NCBI GenBank assembly: GCA_026394815.1
Contig: JAPLZX010000022.1
Coordinates: 1 to 42,571 of the forward strand
Source: Candidatus Zambryskiibacteriota bacterium
GTDB taxonomy: Bacteria > Patescibacteriota > Minisyncoccia > Phycocordibacterales > DATDWN01
Reading direction: 5' to 3'
DNA: 42,571 nucleotides
The notes under the pieces were generated by a model. That model was not told the DNA's origin, did no database searches, and saw nothing but the letters and a program-made list of their open reading frames with translations. The translations under genes were made by a program, and so were the position numbers. Shown piece after piece: positions 1 through 8,256 of the stretch; positions within the stretch are counted from its first letter, which is position 1, and each line of letters starts with the position of its first letter.

Positions 1-2
1 GA

Positions 3-203
3 GTGATCGCCGAACACAACAGACAGAAGGGGTGTGGCAACAAGGAAGAAAGCCTGTTGAATGAAATCATCACACGAGAATTGGGGCTTTACGGATTTGT
101 TGCCCCCGATGACATCTTCTCAATGACCAGAAAGGTCACACGAGAGATAGAGAAAATCCGTAGCGGAGAGGAACGAAAAAGACCTCACAACCTCACAGTT
201 TGA
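3..203 (+). CDS. hypothetical protein, C-terminal part (the frame is open to the window edge, so it may be 5'-partial)
   Basis: The ORF lies in a GC-rich patch and its first listed codon is GTG. A 9-bp hairpin follows it directly. No motif was recognised. Confidence 0.35.
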   Translation: MIAEHNRQKGCGNKEESLLNEIITRELGLYGFVAPDDIFSMTRKVTREIEKIRSGEERKRPHNLTV

Positions 204-204
204 T

Positions 205-247
205 AAGATGGGCTGGCCGTAGCAGTACGACCAGCCCATATCTTATT
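205..247 (+). terminator. hairpin terminator after ORF 3..203
   Basis: ATGGGCTGG (208-216) pairs with CCAGCCCAT (231-239). T-rich sequence (tcttattt) follows. Confidence 0.5.
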
Positions 248-265
248 TAACTACTGTGGATAACC

Positions 266-295
266 TTGACGCAAAGGTATTAGCTGTATTATAAT
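266..295 (+). promoter_or_regulatory. sigma70-like promoter for the small ORF at 318
   Basis: TTGACG (266-271), an 18-nt spacer, then TATAAT (290-295). GGAAGGAGG lies 7 nt upstream of ATG 318. Confidence 0.5.
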
Positions 296-317
296 ATCTC
301 TGGAAGGAGGCCGTAAG

Positions 318-476
318 ATGGCCAAAAAGCCTCAGCAAAGAAAGGGGGTCTCGAAGAAACTACCAGGGAAAAACAACTCCCCGCGCTTGTGGAGAAGAGG
401 CCCAATTCGTACAATTGACTCACGCCAATTTGTTGACCGCAAGTCAGCGGCAGCAAATGATGACACTCTCGATTAG
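318..476 (+). CDS. small basic protein, 52 aa (MAKKPQQRKGVSKKLPGKNNSPRLWRRGPIRTIDSRQFVDRKSAAANDDTLD); below the ORF-track cutoff
   Basis: Hand translation. It has its own promoter, a strong SD and a downstream terminator. I prefer it to the antisense ORF 289..486, which has none of these signals. Confidence 0.45.
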   Translation: MAKKPQQRKGVSKKLPGKNNSPRLWRRGPIRTIDSRQFVDRKSAAANDDTLD

Positions 477-487
477 TCGAGAGCACT

Positions 488-517
488 GAGAGGCGACCAC
501 CGAGCGCGGTCGTCTCT
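488..517. terminator. bidirectional GC-rich hairpin between the small ORF (+) and the ATPase gene (-)
   Basis: GAGAGGCGACC (488-498) pairs with GGTCGTCTCT (508-517) as a 10-bp stem with one G-U pair. T-rich sequence follows on the + strand. Confidence 0.55.
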
Positions 518-3264
518 TATTTCTTATACTTTTTCAAAATATCTTCTTCTATTTCCACACGATTACCACCATATGTAAGATATGAAAGTTGTTTTAATGT
601 TTCAATAATAGCTGGATTACCTTTTGGTGGAATTTCAGCTTTTATATTAAATGCTTTTACAGGTTTGCCCCCAACTAATATTTTTGCGTAAAAATTATAG
701 TTGTTTATATTCATAATATCTTTTGCTGTAAAAACAGGACTGAATTGTTTTTCCAAATATTCAGCATCTTCTGCGCCAACACGAAATGTAATAATTGAAC
801 CAATATTACCAAATACCGCATCACGAATATCTTCCTGCAATTGAGCAATAAATTGATGAGCAATATTGAGCGATAGTTTATATTTTCTGGCTTCCGAAAG
901 AATGGTGGCAATTGAATTGGTCGTTATATTTTGAAATTCATCAATGTATAAATAAAAAGGAGGAAAATCTCCGGTAGAATCTGCACGAGAAAGAGCAGCC
1001 ATCAAAATCTTACCAACCAAAATAAGACCGATGAGATTTGAGTTTATATCCCCTAGACGACCCTTGGAAAGATTAATCAGTAATATTTTCTTATTATCCA
1101 TTATTTTACGAAAATCAAAAGATGATTTTTCTTGAGCGATAATCGGTCGCATAATATCGTTTGCCAAAAAAACATCAAATTTGCTTGTGATATAAGGCAC
1201 AATGTTTGCAAGAGAGGCTTCCCCACCAGCTTTTTCCGCTACCTCTGTCCAAAACTGAACAACCACAGGATTTTTACAATGAGAAAGTTTCAAATCACGA
1301 AAGCCTTTATTTGTCATAACTCTTGAAACATCTAAAAGCGTGCAACCAGTGTCTGGGTCTTCAATAACCAGCATAGTGGCATTTCTAAAATACTGTTCAA
1401 ACATAGGACCTAAAGCTTCCGGCACTTTACCGTATAATTTTTGAAAGATACTAAATAACTCATTAACCACAAATGTTTTTTGCTCTGGATAAGTTTTATC
1501 ATATTCCAACATATTGAGAGCCATTGGGCGCTCCGTATAACTTGGGTCAAAATATATAACATCCTGAAAACGATTTTGTGGAATATTGGAAAGAACATCC
1601 AAAACATCCGGGCCATGTGGGTCAATAAAACAACAACCTTTGCCAGCAGTAATATCCTGAATAATCATATTCTTCAAAAGAGTGGTTTTCCCTGTACCTG
1701 TCTGTCCGATAGTATATAAATGTCGCAATCTATCGTCATCTTGCATGTAAATTGGCGTATCAATATTGCGATAATTATTTACACCAAGAAATGTCCCCTC
1801 ATGACCCATTTCGGCTGGAGCTGGTGCAGAAATAGACTGACTTTGTTTTAATTGTGGGGTTGGAGCAAGTCCTGTGTTTTGAAAATGAATTAACGAAGTA
1901 ACCTCATGAAGATTGAGTGGTAATAATTCATCCTCGTTATAACTTCTAAAAGAATAATTTCTAAACATTTTTTGCAGAACACTTTTTTCTAATCTTTTAG
2001 CTCTAAGACCATTTGCAGACGAATCTGTGAATTGATTAAAACTTGACTCTAGCCCTTGAAGAATTCTTTCAGCATCAATACGACTTTGAGCAGAAGCTAT
2101 TAAACGAATGTTTGTGGCCACGATAGTACTCCCTATTTTTTGTTTAATTTTTTGTATGGCTTCCGTATCGATAGGTTTCTTTTCTTCACTCTCTTTTGGA
2201 ACTGATTTAAATAAAGAAAATACAGTTTTTTTCAATCCCCCACTAAAAGATTCTGGCATATCTATGGCATCTTTAGTCGGCACTCCTTTTTCAATATGGT
2301 CAATTGCATATTCATATTTTTTTTGAAAATAATCTCCTTTTGGAGCAAAGACAATCTGAATCCCAGCCCCCTCACCGTCTTTGTTTATTTTTGAAAAACT
2401 ATTTAAAATAATGTTCAAGGGGTCATGGTCGAAATTCTCATAAGTTTTAAATTGATAAATAGGATTGTTGGTTGATTCTAAATAAGAGCCCAGAGAGATT
2501 CCATCTGCATTAAAAATATTATAATCAGAAGTAACTTCTGTTAATTTGGCGTCATGAAATACTGATATTATCTGTTTTTCAAAAAGAGATTTGTGAACAT
2601 CCGGTACTGCAACATAGAAAACAAATTGATCGCTACCGTTTGCGTTTGCAATTTCTAATACTATATAATTTTTTTTATAATCTTTTGTGTCGTCTTTGGT
2701 AATGACAGAAAGCATCCCAGATAAAAATTGTTCCATACTGGAAATCAATTCTTTTAAAGGTTTTGATTTTTCTTGTGATGAGTCCGTCGAACCGTTTTCA
2801 GGTAATACGACCTCATAGAGAGTCATGCCTAATCCTCGAAATTCTTCATTTGAAATATTGACCCCTTTTGCCCCATAACCGTGTTTTATATATTGAACAA
2901 GAAAACGATGAAAATCGTCTTCCAGATGAGGGTCTTTAAAACCAGAGAGTATTGACATGGTATTTTTTATACCTTTTTTGTTCAAAATACCAAGAAGTTC
3001 TTCTATCTTTTTATCATGTCTTTCTGGAGCCAAATTAAGAACAATTGATTCTACATCCGTTTGAGCCAGTGCGTAGGTTTCGTCCAATACTTCTTTTGGT
3101 AAAACATCACGATAATGTTGAATCTCTTCTTTTACAATATCGTCAATTTTAAAATCAACTTTTTTTTCGCGAAGTTCTAATTCTCTGTTTGATATTTGTT
3201 CACGAAGAAAAGCTATTTCTTCTTCAGGATTAGTGAAATGAAGATTCTCAAGATTTTTTTCCAT
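517..3264 (-). CDS. VirD4/TraG/TraD-like (type IV secretion coupling protein / DUF87-type) P-loop ATPase with an unrecognised N-terminal half
   Basis: 915 aa. The C-terminal half carries Walker A GQTGTGKTT, IDPHG, Walker-B-like FYLYIDEFQN and ARKYKLSLNIAHQFIAQL, in the order typical of T4SS coupling ATPases. Confidence 0.75.
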   Translation of the reverse strand: MEKNLENLHFTNPEEEIAFLREQISNRELELREKKVDFKIDDIVKEEIQHYRDVLPKEVLDETYALAQTDVESIVLNLAPERHDKKIEELLGILNKKGIKNTMSILSGFKDPHLEDDFHRFLVQYIKHGYGAKGVNISNEEFRGLGMTLYEVVLPENGSTDSSQEKSKPLKELISSMEQFLSGMLSVITKDDTKDYKKNYIVLEIANANGSDQFVFYVAVPDVHKSLFEKQIISVFHDAKLTEVTSDYNIFNADGISLGSYLESTNNPIYQFKTYENFDHDPLNIILNSFSKINKDGEGAGIQIVFAPKGDYFQKKYEYAIDHIEKGVPTKDAIDMPESFSGGLKKTVFSLFKSVPKESEEKKPIDTEAIQKIKQKIGSTIVATNIRLIASAQSRIDAERILQGLESSFNQFTDSSANGLRAKRLEKSVLQKMFRNYSFRSYNEDELLPLNLHEVTSLIHFQNTGLAPTPQLKQSQSISAPAPAEMGHEGTFLGVNNYRNIDTPIYMQDDDRLRHLYTIGQTGTGKTTLLKNMIIQDITAGKGCCFIDPHGPDVLDVLSNIPQNRFQDVIYFDPSYTERPMALNMLEYDKTYPEQKTFVVNELFSIFQKLYGKVPEALGPMFEQYFRNATMLVIEDPDTGCTLLDVSRVMTNKGFRDLKLSHCKNPVVVQFWTEVAEKAGGEASLANIVPYITSKFDVFLANDIMRPIIAQEKSSFDFRKIMDNKKILLINLSKGRLGDINSNLIGLILVGKILMAALSRADSTGDFPPFYLYIDEFQNITTNSIATILSEARKYKLSLNIAHQFIAQLQEDIRDAVFGNIGSIITFRVGAEDAEYLEKQFSPVFTAKDIMNINNYNFYAKILVGGKPVKAFNIKAEIPPKGNPAIIETLKQLSYLTYGGNRVEIEEDILKKYKK

Positions 3265-3271
3265 GCATTTA

Positions 3272-3976
3272 TTATATCTTATTCAAATATTTTTGTCTTT
3301 TTGTTTCGGAAAATTTTTCAATAGCATAACGTAAAGTAGTTCTGGGTATTATTTTTATATGTTCATCTAAAAATTTCGTCAAAACATTTTCATCTTTCTT
3401 CCCTACCTCTCGAAGCATCCAACCAACAGATTTGTGTATTAGATCATGTTTATCTGAAAGCAATATTTTGGAGATTTTTAAAGTATCATCAAAATCGTGT
3501 GCCTTTACTATGAAATATAGTGTACTCAAAACAGCTATTCTGCGTTCCCACAGGTTTTTTGATCTAACCAGCTTATATAACACCTCACGTTTTTTGGAGC
3601 ACAGATATGCACCGAGTATTCTTGGCGCAGATTGATCAACTAAATCCCAATTATTTATGTGTTTTGTATTTTTTAAATATAATTCAACTATTTTAGCGCG
3701 AGAGATTTCATTGCCAACTTCAAATTGTTTAGTGAGTATAAAAAGCGCAGTTAAACGATGTTCGTGTATTTTTGATTTAAGTAATTTTTGAATTTCAGAA
3801 AGTGAAAGATTAGAAAATTTTTTGGCAATTTTTCGCTGTTCAGGAACAGTAACCCCAATAAAAACATCACCATAACCATACTGATCTTTTTTGGTCTTAA
3901 AATACCAAATAGAGTTTTTTGCTCTTTCCTTATTAGCAACTTTTGCAAGTGCTTTTATTACATCCGTACTTTTCAT
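3272..3976 (-). CDS. DNA alkylation repair protein (AlkD-like HEAT-repeat family)
   Basis: Family-typical motifs are present: NNWDLVDQSAPRILGAYL, SKNLWERRIAVLSTL, KSVGWMLREVGKKD and PRTTLRYAIEKF. Confidence 0.85.
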   Translation of the reverse strand: MKSTDVIKALAKVANKERAKNSIWYFKTKKDQYGYGDVFIGVTVPEQRKIAKKFSNLSLSEIQKLLKSKIHEHRLTALFILTKQFEVGNEISRAKIVELYLKNTKHINNWDLVDQSAPRILGAYLCSKKREVLYKLVRSKNLWERRIAVLSTLYFIVKAHDFDDTLKISKILLSDKHDLIHKSVGWMLREVGKKDENVLTKFLDEHIKIIPRTTLRYAIEKFSETKRQKYLNKI

Positions 3977-3978
3977 AA

Positions 3979-4332
3979 CTAAACCAAAAAGTGATTGTAG
4001 AAAACCATAAAACCGACAATAGCTGCTCCCAAAACACTAATAAGCACAAAAGCTGCCATAGTATCTTTGATTTTACCAATTACAAAATCATGTTGTGGTT
4101 CAACTTTATTACAAAGATCTTCAATTGCTGTATTTATTATTTCAGCAGTTAGAACAACGGCAATAGCAATAACAGATAAAACTGTTTCTATAAATGAGAA
4201 TTGAAAAAATAAAATACAAAAAACAACAACAACCCCAACCAAAATTTCAATTCTAAAATTTTGCTCTTCTTTCCATGTAGTTTGAAGACCGTTCCAAGCG
4301 AATAAAAATGAGTGATATATTTTTGTTATCAT
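3979..4332 (-). CDS. dgkA: diacylglycerol/undecaprenol kinase (DgkA family)
   Basis: Motifs EEQNFRIE and LTAEIINTAIEDL, with 3 TM segments. Start set at the internal ATG 4332 (MITKIYHSF, 117 aa), because the upstream extension runs into a terminator hairpin. Confidence 0.8.
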   Translation of the reverse strand: MITKIYHSFLFAWNGLQTTWKEEQNFRIEILVGVVVVFCILFFQFSFIETVLSVIAIAVVLTAEIINTAIEDLCNKVEPQHDFVIGKIKDTMAAFVLISVLGAAIVGFMVFYNHFLV

Positions 4333-4351
4333 ATAAAAATTATAACATTTT

Positions 4352-4387
4352 TTTAAAAAGAAGTGGGGTGCCCCGAGGACACCCCAC
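4352..4387 (-). terminator. intrinsic terminator of the 155-aa ORF
   Basis: GTGGGGTG (4363-4370) pairs with CACCCCAC (4380-4387). TTCTTTTT follows on the minus strand. Confidence 0.55.
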
Positions 4388-4398
4388 ACACGAAAGAC

Positions 4399-4866
4399 TC
4401 AGGCCGCCATCGTTCTGAGCACCTCTCGCGCCACACGACCTTTGGCCCGTGATATGCGGTCAATTACCCGCACACAGGCCATCGGATCTCTTTTCCCAAA
4501 AACCGAAAAGAGGGCATCACCAACTTCAACTTTAGACAGGCCACGGAAAGCCTTCCTCTTCGTCATGGTGCCGTAGCAGATCATGTCTCCGATAACCTCC
4601 CATTTCAGGTTACCGAAATAGTGGTGGAGATTTCTGTGCCGAAGAATCTTCATCCACAGGATGTTTCCCGTGTTGCCCTTCTTGCCATTCTTGCACTTGT
4701 TCGTCATGTGGTGCTTGTTGACTCTCCTCTTCTTTCTCACCACAGAAAACGAACAGTTGGAACGAAACGGCTTGCCAGTTGGATGAGCCCACTTGGACTG
4801 ACGACGCTTCTTGCGCCGACAAATCTTCCTGCGCCATCCCAGCTTACTCTGTCCCCCATACTTCAT
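4399..4866 (-). CDS. hypothetical, very basic 155-aa protein (Arg/Lys-rich N-terminal half)
   Basis: It is the longest ORF in the GC-rich patch. GAGGG lies 6 nt upstream of the ATG and a terminator follows. No family was recognised. Alternative-frame ORFs here are expected in GC-rich DNA. Confidence 0.45.
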   Translation of the reverse strand: MKYGGQSKLGWRRKICRRKKRRQSKWAHPTGKPFRSNCSFSVVRKKRRVNKHHMTNKCKNGKKGNTGNILWMKILRHRNLHHYFGNLKWEVIGDMICYGTMTKRKAFRGLSKVEVGDALFSVFGKRDPMACVRVIDRISRAKGRVAREVLRTMAA

Positions 4867-5084
4867 CTTTGTCCCTCAGATGTGTGGTTCCAGAAGTAGC
4901 TAATGGGTTTGCAGAGGAACACCTTTCTACATTTCTGACACCTCTCTTTCTTTGTTGTAAGAACTCCATAATCATTATATCAAAATAAACAAATTTGGGT
5001 ATTTTAAATTTTTTAATTTTTGATTATTTCATTATGGTGCTATGCTTATACAGGAAATGTTCACCAAGGAAGGGGTAAAAGAAA

Positions 5085-6179
5085 ATGAGACTGCCGAGAG
5101 TAGCCATCAAGGGTTTTCAACTGGACAACTGTATTGTCCAGGGAGGAATGGGTGTTGGCGTTTCGCTTCACCCCCTCGCAGGAGCCGTGGCTAAAGAAGG
5201 CGGTCTCGGAATAGTTTCGAGTGCCGGCCTTCGTAGCGTCGTCTCTTCGCGAGACGGGAAAGATGTCGACACATACACCGCTGTACGTATCGAACTGGAG
5301 AAAGCAAAAAGTGGAAGCGGTGGTGGGACTGTCGGCATCAATGTGATGTGTGCGGTGGTTGAATACGAGGACACTATTCGTGCTGCGATTGACGCAGAGA
5401 TTGGTGCGATCGTTTCTGGTGCAGGACTTCCACTTGGACTTCCGAGCATCAAACCACCTGGACACACAGCGCTTATCCCAATTATCTCCTCGGCTCGTGC
5501 TCTGGAGATTATTGTCAGGCGCTGGGAACGAGTCCACTATCGCCCGGACGCGGTTGTGTTGGAAGGACCGCTGGCTGGAGGACATCTCGGCTTCAAACCC
5601 GAAGAGGTGGATAATCCAGCTTTCGAGCTGGAGAAACTCTTGCCTCCTGTTCTCGAAGTCGCCCACAGACACGGAGACTTTCCAGTCATAGTGGCTGGCG
5701 GAATCTACACCCACCAAGACATCGTCAGGTTCTTGGTAATGGGAGCAAGTGGTGTACAGATGGGAACACGTTTTTTGGCAACGAATGAAAGTTCAGCCAC
5801 GGACGCGTATAAACGAGCTGTGATTTCTGCAGGTATAGACGACATCACCGTCGTCACATACCCCAACAGAATTCCGGCTTCACCGTGTGGACTTCCGTTC
5901 AGAGTCCTTAAGTGTTCGCCTATGTACAAGACAGAGCGTCCGGCCAAGTGCAACAAGGGGTACGTTCTCCAGCGAGGGCCAGACGAAAAGCTCTCTGCCT
6001 GCCAGGCGATGCCGAAAGCACCGAACAACAAGTCGTTCCTCTGCATCTGTAACGGTCTTCTATCTTCGGCCGGATACGCTCCGGAAGAACCCCCTCTCTA
6101 CACCGTCGGCACGAATGCCTATCGTGTAGACAAACTCCTCTCCGTAACAGAACTCATGGGTGAGTTATGCGGAGAATGA
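5085..6179 (+). CDS. nitronate monooxygenase / NPD-family FMN oxidoreductase (FabK-like)
   Basis: Motifs GGMGVGVS..LAGAVAKEGGLGIVSSAG, VSGAGLPLG, VAGGI and GASGVQMGTRFLAT. GC about 50-53% in hand-counted lines. Confidence 0.85.
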   Translation: MRLPRVAIKGFQLDNCIVQGGMGVGVSLHPLAGAVAKEGGLGIVSSAGLRSVVSSRDGKDVDTYTAVRIELEKAKSGSGGGTVGINVMCAVVEYEDTIRAAIDAEIGAIVSGAGLPLGLPSIKPPGHTALIPIISSARALEIIVRRWERVHYRPDAVVLEGPLAGGHLGFKPEEVDNPAFELEKLLPPVLEVAHRHGDFPVIVAGGIYTHQDIVRFLVMGASGVQMGTRFLATNESSATDAYKRAVISAGIDDITVVTYPNRIPASPCGLPFRVLKCSPMYKTERPAKCNKGYVLQRGPDEKLSACQAMPKAPNNKSFLCICNGLLSSAGYAPEEPPLYTVGTNAYRVDKLLSVTELMGELCGE

Positions 6180-6185
6180 CCAAAG

Positions 6186-6240
6186 CCGTTGCTTCTGTTG
6201 TTAACACAAGACAGAGGCAACGGTTTTCCTATTCTTTTTT
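6186..6240 (+). terminator. intrinsic terminator of the NMO gene
   Basis: A 13-bp stem, CCGTTGCTTCTGT (6186-6198) with ACAGAGGCAACGG (6211-6223), is followed by a T-rich run. Confidence 0.7.
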
Positions 6241-6306
6241 TATAACAAAAACCGCCGACCAGTAATTGATCGGGGTTGGGAATCTCGTGAGATAATGCCG
6301 AGAGCA

Positions 6307-6747
6307 TTACCCCACGAGATTGAAATACTGAAGCGTCCTGTGAAGAGCATACTGGTGAGTCTTGTAGAGAACCCTACCCAACTCGTCCGCCTTTACCCAG
6401 TAGGGCGGTGACAAGGTATCGTCTCCGTCAAGAATTTGTTCCCTACGAAGAATCCCCACACAATCATCGATTGAGACGAGGAAGAATACTTGTCGCCCAA
6501 TGACTCTGAGTATTCTTGGTCTTACACCCAATCTTAATCGAAGATTCGTTTCCTCTTCCAATTCTCTGATGAGAGTTTCAGAAGCACTGCTGTCTTCCTT
6601 GTGCCCTCGATTCGTTCCTCCGGGAAACTTTGTCTGCAGAGGTTTACAAATATACCTCTGGTCCATGGATTTGCTGTCCTGAACCAGAAGATATATCTTA
6701 CCCTCTTCTCTTTTCCAAACAACGGCACCAGCGAACCAGCGATACAT
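6307..6747 (-). CDS. NUDIX hydrolase
   Basis: Nudix box GGTNRGHKEDSSASETLIRELEEETNL. Start moved to ATG 6747 (MYRWFAG), which has AGGAG 6 nt upstream. The track start at 6825 lies inside a TTGACT/TATTAT promoter. Confidence 0.75.
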   Translation of the reverse strand: MYRWFAGAVVWKREEGKIYLLVQDSKSMDQRYICKPLQTKFPGGTNRGHKEDSSASETLIRELEEETNLRLRLGVRPRILRVIGRQVFFLVSIDDCVGILRREQILDGDDTLSPPYWVKADELGRVLYKTHQYALHRTLQYFNLVG

Positions 6748-6840
6748 TTGTTGCTCCTGGCTGAAGTGGTTGTGTCTTACATTCCGAGAACTTCTCGGAT
6801 TTCTACCTATATAATACCATATCAAAATAGAAAGTCAATG

Positions 6841-6912
6841 TGACCTTACCGGGAATTGAACCCGGATTCCAGCCTTGAGAAGGCTGTGTCCTAACCGTTA
6901 GACGATAAGGCC
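6841..6912 (-). tRNA. tRNA-Glu (anticodon CUC)
   Basis: Hand-folded 72-nt cloverleaf. Acceptor GGCCTTA/TAAGGTC, D arm GTCT..GGAC, anticodon stem CAGCC/GGCTG with loop TTCTCAA, T arm CCGGG-TTCAATT-CCCGG. CCA is not encoded. Confidence 0.9.
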
Positions 6913-6938
6913 AATAAAACGATATTACATTACTTTGA

Positions 6939-8237
6939 TTATCTACTCAACCACTCGGGTTCTTGGCGAACAAGAAGTTCTTCTTTATCCTCTGGATGAC
7001 GCATAACTTCTTCCACTACTTTTTCCATTCTTATAGTTTGTGAACCTTTAACAAGCACTATATCCCCTGTTTCCAATATTTTTTGAAGCTCCACCCCCGC
7101 TTCTTCTGATGAATCCACTGAAATAATGTTTAATTCATTAAAACCAATATTTAGCAATTCTTCCGAAAGTTTTCTCATACGCAAGCCAACACAAATTACA
7201 TCTGATGCCACATTTTTAAGTAAGATTGCTATTTTTCTATGTTCATCGGCAGAATATTTTCCTAATTCCAACATATCTCCAAGAACAGCTATTTTTTTCT
7301 TTTTAGATTTTATTTTTTTGAAAACAGACAATGCTTGAGACACTGCGATAGGTGATGAATTATATGAATCATCTATTATAATAGTATCTTTTATACCATT
7401 AATTAAATTCATTCTGCCGGGTAGATTTTTATATTTGTTCAAAGAGAAACATATTTTTTCAACTTCTATTTTAAACTCTAACCCAACAGCAAAAGCTAAA
7501 AGAAGTGCATATTCATTATGAATACCAATAGAACCGATAGTGGTAATAGAATATGTATCGGAATTATTAATAATCTCAAAAGACATACCGATTGGAATAG
7601 AAGATTTTTTGTCATTACTATATAATATTTTAAAATTTGAACCTTGAATGTTGGATTTTTCTTCAACACCACAAGATATTTTTCTTGAATCCACATCTCC
7701 CAAAAGATTTAAGATTCTTGAATCATCAGTATTATAAATAATAACCCCCTCTCTTTTAACTGCATTTATGATAAATCTTTTCTCCATAAGAAGATTGCTA
7801 ATATCATAAAAAGATTCCACATGAGAAGGTACTTCGCCTATGGCTGTCATTACTAAAATATCTATCGAAAGAAAAGAGCTTATAGCACTCAAATCTCCCG
7901 GCTTATCACTATCCATTTCCAGTATAAGCCAGTCAGGATAGGTATTTTTATAAATTAAAAGTTTTAAACCTAAAAAAAAGTTTTTTATAAGTTGAATTGG
8001 AGTTATCTTCCCCTCTGGACAACCAATAATGGTCAGGAGTACACCAAACTCCGCAGTAAAACTTTTTTCATTTTTACGAACAAAAAACTTTTTAGATAAA
8101 ACAAGATAAACAGCTTCTCGGGTCAAAGTTTTACCGACACTACCTGTAATAGCTATAATTTTCGGTTTATATTTTTTCAAGACAAGACGAGCTTCGTATT
8201 GAAAAATTTTCTTTGTTAATCTTTTTATAAAATCCAT
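6939..8237 (-). CDS. murF: UDP-N-acetylmuramoyl-tripeptide--D-alanyl-D-alanine ligase
   Basis: Mur ligase P-loop ITGSVGKT, DDSYNSSP, and its position in the dcw cluster. Confidence 0.9.
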   Translation of the reverse strand: MDFIKRLTKKIFQYEARLVLKKYKPKIIAITGSVGKTLTREAVYLVLSKKFFVRKNEKSFTAEFGVLLTIIGCPEGKITPIQLIKNFFLGLKLLIYKNTYPDWLILEMDSDKPGDLSAISSFLSIDILVMTAIGEVPSHVESFYDISNLLMEKRFIINAVKREGVIIYNTDDSRILNLLGDVDSRKISCGVEEKSNIQGSNFKILYSNDKKSSIPIGMSFEIINNSDTYSITTIGSIGIHNEYALLLAFAVGLEFKIEVEKICFSLNKYKNLPGRMNLINGIKDTIIIDDSYNSSPIAVSQALSVFKKIKSKKKKIAVLGDMLELGKYSADEHRKIAILLKNVASDVICVGLRMRKLSEELLNIGFNELNIISVDSSEEAGVELQKILETGDIVLVKGSQTIRMEKVVEEVMRHPEDKEELLVRQEPEWLSR

Positions 8238-8256
8238 AATAATTTCATGGAATTAA

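Noticed and set aside
254-264. Replication origin (perfect DnaA boxes TTATCCACA at 255-263 and 11904-11912)
   Set aside because: The boxes are single and isolated, 11.6 kb apart. There is no box cluster, no AT-rich unwinding element with repeats, and no dnaA/dnaN nearby.
289-486. 65-aa minus-strand ORF from the track
   Set aside because: It has no promoter or SD and is antisense to a 52-aa ORF that has a promoter, an SD and a terminator. Long spurious frames are expected in GC-rich sequence.
4610-4988. Alternative ORFs 4610..4837(-), 4621..4899(+) and 4779..4988(+)
   Set aside because: They overlap the longer 155-aa ORF, which has an SD and a terminator. GC-rich DNA generates open frames on several phases, and none of these has translation signals.
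5061-6307. Multiple ORFs overlapping the NMO gene (5061..5717-, 5168..5467-, 5350..5691+, 5705..6046-, 5887..6129+, 6119..6307-)
   Set aside because: They are shadow frames of a clearly recognisable 364-aa NMO-family CDS in GC-rich DNA.
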